From Nemertoderma westbladi (lineage: Eukaryota > Animalia > Xenacoelomorpha): a DNA stretch of 48,690 nucleotides. Every line of letters begins with the position of its first letter. The first letter of the stretch is position 1. Shown piece after piece: positions 24,701 through 36,537 of the stretch. Position numbers and translations under genes: made by a program. The notes under the pieces were generated by a model that was given only the letters and a program-made list of their open reading frames with translations, was not told where the DNA came from and ran no database searches. The stretch is taken from positions 1-48,690 of the forward strand of contig JAUCBJ010004635.1 in assembly GCA_032718475.1 (NCBI GenBank), read 5' to 3'.

Positions 24701-26114
24701 GCGAAGAATAAACTTCGGTTCGGAAGGGCACATGCAGACTGCAGGACATACTGTAGGCCTTACTGCACATACTATTATAGGCCATGCTGGGAGAGATAGA
24801 GTAGGCGATAGGGTAGCGCGAACGACGGGATTAAACCCGGAAGTCGCGGAGTACATACCGGTAGGTAGGCGAGAGGTAGGTAGGCCTATATCGGTACAGC
24901 AGCATGACTATAATACACAGGGACATAACATATATCCAGGGGAGGGGGAGTTATTGGAGATAGACGTATGGGCCCCAATGTATTAACATCAACCCCAGTA
25001 CCAAACATACCGGCTGGGGGGGGGGACAGGGTGACATTCCCCCATCACAATATCGACAATATACCCCGATAGGAGCAAGAACATCGAACTCCCTGGACGA
25101 GAACAGGTCGTGCGGACAGTCACCACCACACGCGGCCATACAGGGGACTGCTAGTCCACAGTTAGCTGGTAGCAGGGCCACACCGTGGCAGGGACAGAAA
25201 GAAAATAACACCATAAAATAAACACAATCCCAATATACCCAGTAGGCCGAGTCTAGACAATCGAAACATTAAATCGGTACATATAAACCTAAGCGCGATA
25301 CGTGAAGGACTATACAGGAAACGCTATAATCCAGGATTCCAATGTCAATTACATCGGGACGGAACCCATAAGACCAGGAGTTGCAAGTACTGGCAAGCGT
25401 TGCCCAAACGAGATCGTGTAGCCTACACAGACGCAAACGGACTATGTCATCGATGTGTGGTAAAAGGACACAGATCCGGAGAGTGTTGGAAAGGGAGAGG
25501 ATGTGAAAGGACTAAACCAGGGGCAGAGAAGCCCATTAGCAAACATAAGGGAGTCGGGAAAGTAGAAGGAGGCGTGTTGCATACACACGCAGGACTGACA
25601 CAGTGCGAGGGGGCATTACATGGGCAGACACCGCATATACCGAGGGACGAGCGGGGGTCGTCGAGGGCTTTAATGCCAGTGCACATACGAAGGGGGAGGC
25701 CAGCAGGGGTAGCACCGAAGAGAGTGTGGCGAAGAGTTAGAGGACGTATAGGAGGGCAGCAGGAGAGTGCCTACTGGAAGAAGGGGCACGTGAGAGTTTT
25801 TAGTCGTCCAAGGTTTTGGACTGAGGGGGGTGGGAATGAGGGCGAGACGCCCTTCCCACGCATAAAATATAAAATAATTATTTAATTAAAATAAGAAAAT
25901 AATTAAATAATAGAGTAGGCAGAAGTTAGTTAAGAGGTACATAGTACCGATAGTTAGTTAGTTAGTTAGGAGGTACGTAGTACCGTTAGTTAGAGAAGAG
26001 TTAGAGGGTACGTAGTACCGTTAGTTAGAGAAGAGTTAGAGGGTACGTAGTACCGTTAGTTAGAGAGTTAGAGGGTACGTAGTACCGTTAGAGAGTAAGA
26101 GTTAGAGGGTACGT
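21789..26114 (+). mobile_element. Element B: inverted, internally deleted sibling of A (LTR 3' part 21789-21976, gag from 22032, tail repeats to 26114)
   Basis: Reverse-complement similarity to 16740-21785 (MSRE..TPPRTP, MQTAGHTVGLTAH, DRVAYTDANGLCHRC); Gag core and protease deleted. Confidence 0.88.
25965..26114. repeat. ~31-bp tandem repeat (GTTAGAGGGTACGTAGTACCGTTAGTTAGAG), about 5 copies
   Basis: Direct reading; a single inverted copy lies near 15965-15990. Confidence 0.85.
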
Positions 26115-26227
26115 AATTGATTCGCTAACAACCGGTCAGGAGGTGATACTGCCAACTCCGTTAGCCCCGTCACAGTCAAAACTACCGAATTAAAAACTGT
26201 GACCTCAACAGGACGAAGAGGCCAAAG

Positions 26228-26767
26228 ATGAGCGAACACACGCCCCAAGTTTTGGAAAGGGGAGGAACACCGCCGAGAACCCCGAGCGACAGAGACCAAA
26301 CGATTCGGGAGGCGGCGACGAGCCGGCCCGCCACACTGGATTCACCAACGAGGGACGCTCCGGACATCGAGGAGGAGGGCGGCCGAGTACGAGGAGGAGG
26401 GGAGTTCGAGTCGACGCGAGATCCTAGCGGCGGACGAGGTACCGAAGTCGCCGGCCAACCACTGGCCGAGGGCGGCGAACGGCCCACCGGAACGGCAACG
26501 GTGGGGCCAACTGTACGGCGCCGGACGAGGAGGGAAGGCAAAGTCCACGAGGAAGACATCGGGACGAGCGATCGCATGCGACGAGGATGCAATGCCACCA
26601 AGAGGATGTTGAAGGACGTTAGGGAGGGGAGAAAGATAGACCAGCCCAAGTTATATCAGAGCCTAGGTGAGTGCAACAAACACTTTCGCTATCTAGTCCG
26701 ATTTGGACAGGGGGAACTAGCAAGTGTGAGGGCGAGGGGGGTCGCCAAAGAACTGTTTGAATTATGG
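26228..26767 (+). pseudogene. Gag N-terminus of X
   Basis: Homologous to the starts of the A and B ORFs (TPPRTP..D.TIREA, GTATVGPTVRRRTR, ELFELW). Confidence 0.8.
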
Positions 26768-26794
26768 CGATCTTGTGACCTTGTGTGTATATTG

Positions 26795-27743
26795 TCACTT
26801 CTTGTCCTATATTTTGCGCTAGTTCACCCTCACATACTTTATGGCATTACTTTATGGGGCAACAGTTATAACACAAACGTAAACAAAATAAAAATTAAAG
26901 TAAATAAAATAATTCGAGCCATTACCTTCAGTCACTACCAAGCCCATGCAGCACCAATATATAAATCCCTCAAAATTCTTCCGTTAGATAAATTGTTTGA
27001 ACTCGAAGTAAATCAATTTATGTTCGATATACACAAGTTTAATAATACATATCTACAGGACATATTTTGCCCCACTAGCTCTATCCATCATCACTTTACT
27101 AGATCTGCATCAGCGAAGAACTTTTTTATTCCTCGCGTTAGACTAGAACTTTCCTAAAAATCTTTGAAGTATTCAGGCCCCAAAATCTGGAATGAACTGC
27201 CCCCAGTTTTAAAAAATTCGAAATCCAAAAAATCGTTATCAACCAAGCTAAAATTAATATATCTTGATTCGTTATAATCAATTTACATAACAATTAAAGA
27301 TGCATAATATCACAAATACAGTAAAATTTTCAACATTTTTATTCTCGAGACAGGTCCCAGCTAAGGTAAATCCTCGTTGAAGTAAGCATTTTTTTCTTAT
27401 AAACAGATGTTTTGGAATGGGTTGTGCTATCGAGTCACCCCCCCCCCCCCCCTCTTCCCTCTCCCAATCCACCCCAAGTTTCACAAATACATACATAGAT
27501 GACTTTTGCGTACGGTGGCAAGCTACACTAGCTTTGCTACAGCTTATAGCCACCGGGTGCCGTTAATCCCAGTAAACATAAATATTTTTTTTCTCGTACT
27601 GTACTGTACTACAGTGTCATGTACTGTAGTTATTTGGTGTTGGGGTGCAATTATATTCTATCAATATCTGCTATGTATCCCAAATAAAGGCCCGGGCCAT
27701 CCCGGATTGAAATTGAAATTAAAAATTGAAATTGAAATTGAAA
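26795..27743 (+). mobile_element. 3' fragment of a CR1-group LINE sitting where most of the gag of X is missing
   Basis: LYFALVHPHILYGITLWG...HAAPIYKSLKIL...HHHFTR; 3' UTR; (TTGAAA)n tail. Confidence 0.85.
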
Positions 27744-27744
27744 T

Positions 27745-29135
27745 ACCAGTACCTGGATGACATCGATTTCTCCGAACCAAAACTGGACGTCCCGAAAGTC
27801 AAAAGTATAGTCGGCATGGATTGCCCGACAGCCCACGAGAGACTACAGACCGTATTCGGCGAGGATAGGGAGCAAGACCAGATGGCGATTCTCACGCCAT
27901 TCAGATGGACGCTCAGTGGCCCAATTAAGACCAGAATCCCATTTAGCGTGTTAGAATCCTCAGGGTGCATGTTCGGGGGACAGTGAGGGAAATGGAGGAT
28001 GAAGGAGTAGAGGAACAACTCAAGAGGCTGCTGCGGCAGGACTTCGAGGGGTTGACTAACGGCAAGAGCCTGCTGAATGACTACCTGCTGGAAGGCCCCA
28101 ATATTTTCAACTCGGGGATAGAGGTCCTGTTAAAATTTAGGAATGGAAAGCACACCTTCACGTGCGATATAGAGGGCATGTTCAATCAGGTGCGAGTGAC
28201 GGAGGAGGACAGCGATAGTCAGCACTTCCTATGGTACAAAGGCGATGAAGAACCGTCGGAGATACCGATGTATAAGATGGTAGTGCAGAACATAGGGGCC
28301 AAGTCGTCCTCGTTCACTACGACTACAGCTGTGAGAGACACGGTGGAGGGTAGAGAGGGAGAATACAGTGAGAAGGCGATCGACATGATTCATCGCGGAT
28401 TCTATGTGGATGATGGGATGGGATCTGGGAACACGGTTGAAGAGATACTTGAGATAGGGCGCGAAGTTCGCGACATCCTAAAAGGATCGGGATTCAATCT
28501 CACAAAATTCCAATCCAACTCTAAAGAATTTATGGAGGCCATAGAAGATAAACAGCCAGAGATGAAGCCTACAATGGTGTAGGGGCTGATTATGGTGGAC
28601 AAAAGGATGGAGTCGCATCAGAAGGCGCTAGGGATTGTATAGAACCAGGAGACGGATGAGTTGGAGTATCAACTGGGTCAGGAGGGCGCCGGAATCCATA
28701 CTAAACGAGGCTATGTGTCGTACATAGCGAGGATTTACAATCCCCTAGGTCTAGCATCCTCGTTGTTAGTCACGGGGAAACAGATATTAAAGAAGGTGTA
28801 TAAGCTGAAAGACGATTGGGACGTTAAGGTCCCGGTGGAGATAAGTAGACAATGGGACAAATGGACGGGGAGCTTCGAGGAGATGGGGACGTATAGTATG
28901 CCACGTATATACTTCCTGGACGGAGACATGACCGATTTGGAACTACATATGTTTTCCGACGCATCATCCTTGCATATCCTTGGAGGCATATGGAGCGGCG
29001 CATTATTTGGTACAGCGAAAGGGGGCTCATAAGCCCAGGCTTGCATTTAGTAAAGCGAGGTTGACGCCACCAGATTCAGCATCAGTGCCGAAACTCGAGT
29101 TAACGGCTGCGAGATTAGGAATGAGGGAGACAGCA
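27745..29135 (+). pseudogene. Decayed pol of X: protease tail, Pao RT and RNase H
   Basis: IVGMDCP, LNDYLLEGP, DIEGMFNQV, FYVDDG, GFNLTKF.SN, YNPLG, LHMFSDAS, KARLTP, PKLEL; several stops and deletions. Confidence 0.9.
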
Positions 29136-30690
29136 TGCTAGCGCTTTTAGTAAATTATGTTCATTCAATCTCAATTTTGTGTAATTTCGAGCTTGTATTA
29201 ATTGGAGCTGAGAACTCATGCATTTATGACGTATAAACCACTGGTCTGTCACAATAAACAGGATTGCGCTAGTGTACCTGTCAACAAGGGCCGCTTACTG
29301 TATCGGTCATAGCTTCCCCTTTGCCTTCCTCTCATAAATTGGTTTAATATGGTATTTGATTATCTATTGTATTTGACTGAGATACGATACCGGGAGGGTG
29401 TGACAACACAATATAACAAGCAAATGGCCGACTAACTAATTCTGTAAGGACTCAAGTGCGGTATTTGTGTTTCTCTTTAGGAGAAACGTATAGTGACTTG
29501 CCTTTGTACGATTATATAAATATTTCTATCGTAATTAATTTATGACAACTCTCAATCGTGGTACAATTAATAATAAGAGCCTTTCTTATATTAATGGTCT
29601 GGTATATCGCCATATATCAATTATTTAGTAAGTCAGAGCTAGAGCAACACACTTCTATTACAATTGTCCAGATTACCACTGATACTTAATTGCATAGACC
29701 CACCTTGTATTTGACGCGTGTAAAATCTCCTTGATTACGTAATATCGGCGGTATAATCAACAATGAGAGAGCAAATTATATTCAACGACAGAACAAATTA
29801 CAAGTACAAATTATAATTCAATTCAAGCATTTACAATATAATGTACATCGCCATTGTACATAATAACATCGTACATTGACATGTAATAAATACCACTGGC
29901 TACGGCTCAAACAGGGGTATAATACATCTGCATGAGAAGTAATCTCTGCAGAACTCCACATTACACAGTGCACAAATCAACAGGTATTATAATATTATAT
30001 ACTTAGGGGGATCAATGTAATTGTTATAAGCCAATAGGAGATCACTTGCTCCTTGGGCGTTCCATGTAACAATAAGTTCAAATACAGGCATGATAGCACT
30101 AGATGGCGTAAGAACCTTTTCACTGGAGAATAATCTCATAAATTATTGAAATAATAACGTAACTGATAAAAATACAGTTATTTGAATAAATTGGTAAAAT
30201 AAGTAATTTTAAAGGCAGGATTTATGCCTGCAGCAACACTACTTCCATTCATTTAGCTACCAGGGATGCAACGGTTCAAGTTCGTACATAAAAACTAGTC
30301 TAATAAGTAAATAATTCAGTTATCAACACCAAACTAGAATTATACAGAGCGTACGTAGTTAATCATATTATAAAAAACATCTCAACTCGTGAACAAACAA
30401 TTAAGAGTTGCCAAATGCTCATGACTCCTTAAGCAGTTAAGTTGTAGTGCGAGAAGCATTTGAAGCATATAAAATGTTTCAGTTTATAATAAAAATAAGC
30501 TAAATGAATTCTTGGGGACACCTTTACTTATTTTTCATATAATATAAAATAAAGATATGAGTCATATAAAGTAAAATAGAGGTAATATAAAGAAGTGTCA
30601 AAAATCAATGTCTATTTATGACTTTTCTTCTTTTTGGAAGAGTGTTTATGTCGCTTTGTCGGCGGCGAATGATTATTAGTTGCTTTGCCC

Positions 30691-33600
30691 TCATACTTGC
30701 AGCCCTTCAGCGGCAGAGGGATGAATCTCCAATGAATCTGGATGGGGCGCAACAGCACGTAGTGTGGGTCCTCCAGTAGAAGTTCCAGGTTGAGGTTCAG
30801 TTGTTGTGGTAGTCACTGACGCGGAGTATTGCAACAACTTTACGCCTTTTCTAAGTACCTTGGCCGGTGAAGACCTGGAGGAAGGCACCAGGGTGGATTG
30901 TACTGCCTTTTTAAGAATTGCCGCAGTAACTGGTCCTTTGAGAGTTTGCGATGACGTCGCAACGCCTCCTCTGTCGGAAATGAACTTGGGTGGCTTGACA
31001 GTCTCTTCAGCAAGACGCTCCGTATGACGAAGGTACGCAACTCGATCTGAAGTTTGTATCAACTCAGGCTTTCCAATTGAATTCAATCAGGTTGTAGGTC
31101 GTAATGTTACCGGGGTTCATACGATGGAGAAAGGTCCGCACATACTGAATGTTAGTAAGCTCCGAAATGGTTAATAATAATTGGTAGTCCGGAAGGTGGG
31201 ATCTTTGTACTTCAATAGCGAAAGAATAGGGATTGAATGCAAAGACTCCGCAATACGAGAGAGCAGACTCGTAGCGTAGGCGCGTGACTTGATGTAAGTC
31301 AGCGGAATGTTCCCACAGTTTAATATACTTCAAGAGAGATGTTTCGTTGTCCCGTTGGGTCAAGTCAAAGGGGCAAGAGCCTGGGTAATGCCCTTTAAGA
31401 AGACATTTATCGCATTGTTCCACGAATTGCAGGCAGTTGAAGAAGGTATGATCGTCGAACAATCTTCAATACGGACAATGGAGAGGAAGGTCTGAACATT
31501 GTAGATAGGTTTGACAAATCTCGCCGGTAGGTGGCGCTTTATGTGCATGGGAACCACATTGAATGCAGCGCTTCCGGCCTTGAGACACGGCTGAGCGGAT
31601 GGCGAATCTCGTCAAAGGTTGTGGTCCAAGGAGCCACGGTATAATAAACTCACCATCATCATCCAACTCAGAAGTGGGATGGACGGATTTAGATTCCAGG
31701 ATATTGTCAGTTGCGGAATCGTTTAGATAAGAAGCCAGCTGTTTGTCCGAAGTTTGGACAATCGAAACCGAATACCCAGACTTAAGGATGGGGGGTTCCA
31801 GAATAGTAGAATGTAGGTTTTTAACACATACATCCTTAAATATGGCGAAACCCTTTCGATTCAAATCCTCGAAAGCAGAGAGACGTTTATTTACCTGTCC
31901 CTTCAGGATGTGATCACGGAACTGACTATCAATACCAAAGAAAGGGAATAAAAACCTTCGAAAACATTCGAAACTTTGGAACTTACCTTCACGGTTGACT
32001 TTGGCAAGCTGGGTGCCGAGAAGTAAGGGGTGAGACCTCAAAGTTCTACTACAAGTATCGGCCAACCAACCTGACAGCAGAGTTCTCGTAAATCATATAA
32101 ATAGCCAAAGAAGGCCAAAGGGGGACACTAATATTGGAATAAACTGCACCCGGAGCGGTTAAGGGACCATTAAAATAATAATGGGAATAATTATCACCGT
32201 ACAGATTTAAATAGCGGTTATACCGACCTTCCTTGAAATCCCAACCGAGTTCATGGAATGAGATATGTCCGATGCCGGTACGTTCGGCTCTGCGCATTCC
32301 GCTTCCCACGCATTTGTAAATAACGCGGAAAAAGCCACGTTCCTGAGCCCACGGGAGGATCATTTGCATGTCCGCAAAGGGGTAAGGAATATCTAGCAAC
32401 GAGTCGAAATCCTTGTATAGGTCGGGGTATATTGCTGAACCGAGTTTACAAATCCTCTTGTTGATCAACAGGTCAAGGACGGGTTGCGGTAACATTGAGG
32501 GTTCGATACCAATCGCAGGGTGCCGCTTGGTTTCAATGACATAACGGTAGGACTTTTCGAACTGTCCATGCCGAGGTAACATTTCCTGGAAGGACAGAGG
32601 GGTAAAAGATGCATTAGAGCTACGGGAGGTTCACGTGAATACATGAGTGGCTCCGGTGAGACCATGGATATGTATTAACCGTGTGGTGCTGAGTTCATCA
32701 TTCGAAACCGAACCTTCATTGTCGTATAGCATCACACCATACTGTTGGATAATCTCGAGCGTGTTATTAAATTCGAGATACGCAATGGTTTCGTCCACTT
32801 CAACTGGCGTCCATAAGCTGTCGAGGGATCCGATGGAGCCTCGGGCAATAACTACCGATTTGTAACTTGGACGTTTTCTACGACAGAGTTTTCTTTCATC
32901 ACCGTAGAGAGTTTGTCTTCCCGAATCCCAGTGAATTAATTGATCACTAATGAAATTAGCGAGATTACGAGGAGGTGCGGGTTTGTCTTCTATAGTTTGT
33001 ATATTAAAAGGTTTACGGAAGGCGTTCAGTTTAACCACGTGATCGAGATGTTTCTGCAGGGGTTCGATTTCCATAACATCGAGAGAATTAACTAAAGGTA
33101 GAAAATCCATACTGCAGGCGGGATCCTCGGGTTTCATTACGTACCGTTGATCGAGGAGAATGAAGTACGGATGGTCCTGAATCCCATAGAATGGGGGATG
33201 GAGAGATTCTTCCAGATCTTTCCAGATTCTTTTCTCGGATCAATGACTTGATTTGGTCGGTTCGACCAAGAGGAGCGATAATCCACTGGTCGGTTTCATC
33301 GAGAAAGGGCTCAGCAATGTGGGTTTCCAGCATTGGAGCGTCGGCGACCAAGTTAGGGTTAGAGATGTCGGTGTCGAAAGGTATCGTTCGGGTTTGACTG
33401 TAAGCGACACCGAAACACTTTACAGACCCGGACGGATCAGCTTACGCATTACCTTGGAACCCTTCCATAAGAGTTTGGACCACGGGTTGGACCAAGGAAG
33501 CTAGCCCTCGCTCGTCGTTCAAACGTTCACGCTCCATCTGTTCCTCTTCTTCACGAAGACGTTGGCTTTCTTTTAAGGCGTCTGCGAGGGAAATGGGTTT

Positions 33601-34894
33601 TCCCTTTTCGATTTCCTCTTGTATGAGGCGGACTTTGGACTCGAACTCTGGGAGTCGCATCCGTCGGATGACATCAAGTTTACCGGATAACTTGATCGGG
33701 TCATCAACGCCGATAGAGTTTCGTAGGGAATCCAGAAACTCTGTAACTAGATAGTTACGATTGACCTTAGAGGTTCGGGCAAAGGTGAGGGGGGAGGTCC
33801 ATATGGATTCCTCACGCTGTAGCAGACTGCCACAGCCGATACTGATCATAGAGGGTTGGAGAGGGGTTGGCTCTTCCTCTTGGTAGCGGGGAACTATCTA
33901 TTCTTCCATGATGAGGTCTCGGAAGTACATGTACATGGCTTCGGAGAAGCGAGGATCGGTCGGGGATAATGTCATGGCTTTTACCATGGGCAACATCGGG
34001 CCGGGAGAAAACTCCGGAATGCGGATCATAGGTTTACGTACTCTGTGTAGACCACGTAACCGTTTCTCATCGACATTAAATCGATTTTCCTCAAACCCAC
34101 CGTATGAGTACTTTACGTATCTATGGCAGGGACATCGCCGATGGGGATGGTTCGCAGGCGTAGTGGAGACCTGTTGGTTGGGATGCGGGAATTGACCACA
34201 CAAGTACCAGAGCCAAAAGTCAGTTTTGCTCGGAGATGGGGGACTTCGCACCAGATTTGCAGTACTCCTCCATGTCGTAGAAGGCGTCGGGGAGGACAGG
34301 GAGCGGGCAACCTTCGGTAAGGTACATCATGGTGTGATAGAGTCATTTGATCTCTTTAGCGGGATCAGGATGAACGCCTCTGGGGTATAGAGTTTGTAAA
34401 TCCTGTTGACTAGCGACCTTTAGGTATGTCTCACGGAGGAATATAACATAGTCCTTGAACCGGGAGAGATGAGAAGAGTTCTCTGTGTCGTCGTCCGCGA
34501 TATCAACACGAATCTGGTAGTCGTGTTGAGTTTGAATCTCGTTTCTACGTTGCCGCTCAACATGAAGTTTGAACATCTTCATGTCCCATTCGACGTGATG
34601 GTCATCAATGTCCCGTAAGTCCATAGGGTGACCAGTAGTGAAGAAGTTGTTGTAACTTCCGTCGCATTCGGTATATTTGAGAATAAACTCATGATATTGT
34701 TGTTCGATGTCGCACTGTTCGGGGTTCATCGGCGGTTCGATGTAGCTTCCTGAAGGATCCATACGCGGTTCCATACTTTGGACGAGCTGGGTGGATTCAC
34801 CGGTATAGTCAGCCATCATCGTATCCATCATCTCCGAATGTTGTTCCAGAGAACGTCGCTTTACGGAAGAGGGTGTCTTTAAAGATCGAGACAT
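30691..34894 (-). pseudogene. ~1,400-codon extra ORF: DEDDy 3'-5' exonuclease-like domain plus two zinc knuckles
   Basis: Chain of abutting ORFs. ExoI VMLYDNEG, LIHIHG, LPQPVLDLLINKRICKLGSAIYPD (ExoII), FADMQ, TGIGHISFHELGWDFK, PLT....YSNIS (ExoIII position); CIQCGSHAH-X8-C and CDKCLLKGHYPGSC. Confidence 0.75.
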
Positions 34895-35839
34895 TATGAG
34901 TTCGAGTAGATAAGTGTATATAGGGGTAGGTGAGCGTCACCGCCCCAAAGCGCCGAGACACGCTGCAGCGCAGTCCCTGGTCAATCCCTTATGGCAAGAA
35001 TCGAGTTTGCAACTACCAGCAGTACCGAAATATCGTGGCTAAATGCTAAACTCTCTTCAAGCCAGGGAGACGGGGGACTGGCCCGGAGTCATCACTGATC
35101 TATTGCGCCTATAGTATCTATGGAAGGTTGGACAATTGTGTGTACCTTAAATCTCACACTATTTATGGGTCTTTCACTCTATTTAGCTTAATTTGGTGCT
35201 TATTTGTGCACTTTTGGCTAACATTCGTTCAAAATACGGTTCAAAAACGCTTAACTTTAAACATTTACCAGAATGTCACTGTTTTATGTATCCATGATAA
35301 CAATGTTACCTTTCCCATACAAGCTGTGTTAAGCAATAGCATTTACAGTTGTACGAGTTCTAACTATGTTTCCTGGGAGACACGTTGTTTCGTTGTTATT
35401 TAATTAATTTTTCCGTGACATATTGATAAATAGAAATTAGAATGCTCACCTCTCACACTTATTTCACATTAGTAACTAGTGTAATAGTTATTTGGGCATT
35501 TATGGCGATATTAATTTTGGTTATTATTATTAATTTGTATTAAATACAAAATTTTTGAAATTTTTTCGCATATTTCTATGCTGGTAACGTCACACAAATC
35601 CGCTTCCACGATTGAGTATTGTCGTTAGTAATTAGTCACTTATTTTGAATTATTTAAGTTTTAAGTCAAATAATTTACTATTAAATTAAATTGTTGCACA
35701 TGTTGCGATCATATACAATGTACAATTATCAGAAGTAGGTTTTATTGCTATGTTGTACACCGCTGTCTAATACTAATACCTACATTATACCAAGTGGTTA
35801 ATAATAATTACACACTCAATCGTAACCTATTACAAGACA

Positions 35840-36403
35840 TTATTCAAGTTTGTATGTTAGACTGCTGGGTCGAACTCTCTGTTGCCCGTAGTTACCAGAA
35901 TGTTCCCTTGCCAGTTCTAATAAACAAAGGCGTCCGATGGGTCGGTTGAAATAGTGTACTTTCGGTTTAGGTGTAGCTCTCCAAATAGCCAGTTCAACTG
36001 AGCGAACCAAACCATCTTTTCTTTGATGAATTTCTGTTATCCGACCTGTTTCCCAGTTTTTTCTAGGTTGGTCTTGATCCACTAAGAGAACAATGTCGCC
36101 AACTGACACATTTACCTTCTTAGAAAACCATTTGGTTCTGAGCTGAACCGACGGTAAATAGTGTCTTTCAAAATGTGTGGCAAATCGACGGGATAATAAT
36201 TGCATCATTTGCCAGGTGCGTCTCAACAGGTCATCACCGTCCTGTGGTGTGGATTTCGGTAACATGGTTACAGGTTTTCTCAACATAAAATGGGATGTTG
36301 TTAGTGGCTCCATCACTTGTGGATTAGATGAAACAGGTAAGAGAGGCATATCATTTAAATAACTCGCTATTTCCTCTCCGCTTCCATGATCCTGACGGGT
36401 CAT
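35840..36403 (-). pseudogene. BEL/Pao integrase C-terminal region of Y
   Basis: LNDMPL, PLTTSHF, YLPSVQLRTKW, VGDIVLL, W..GRI, DGLVRSV, RPIGRLCLL. Confidence 0.9.
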
Positions 36404-36537
36404 TGTGAATGGATGTAGCTATTAGAAAGGTGTTCAGAGTTAATATTATTATTTAAAGTTTCGTCATTGGTTGTTCTTTCATTTAAAGTCTTAATAGAAG
36501 GATCGGTACAGAACCAACCTATCCTCATTCTACCAGC

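Larger units (their letters stand above)
14812..26130 (-). mobile_element. Non-autonomous BEL/Pao element A inserted in the LTR of X
   Basis: 5-bp TSD ACCGG at 14807-14811 and 26131-26135; TGT...ACA termini; AATTGATTCGCTAACA occurs at both 15327-15342 and 26115-26130. Confidence 0.9.
14241..29135 (+). mobile_element. BEL/Pao LTR retrotransposon X (outer element): split 5' LTR, gag start, protease remnant, RT, RNase H; 3' part lost
   Basis: LTR begins TGTAAGCGGATTCAATTCCG (14241) and ends CCCCGTCACA (26174) once the 14812-26135 insert is removed; gag ATG at 26228; Pao pol motifs at 27745-29135. Confidence 0.85.

Noticed and set aside
30691-34894. Retroviral-type env gene, or a host gene nested in the intron
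   Set aside because: No signal peptide, furin site plus fusion peptide or TM anchor evident; intronless, decayed, duplicated and collinear with Pao pol.
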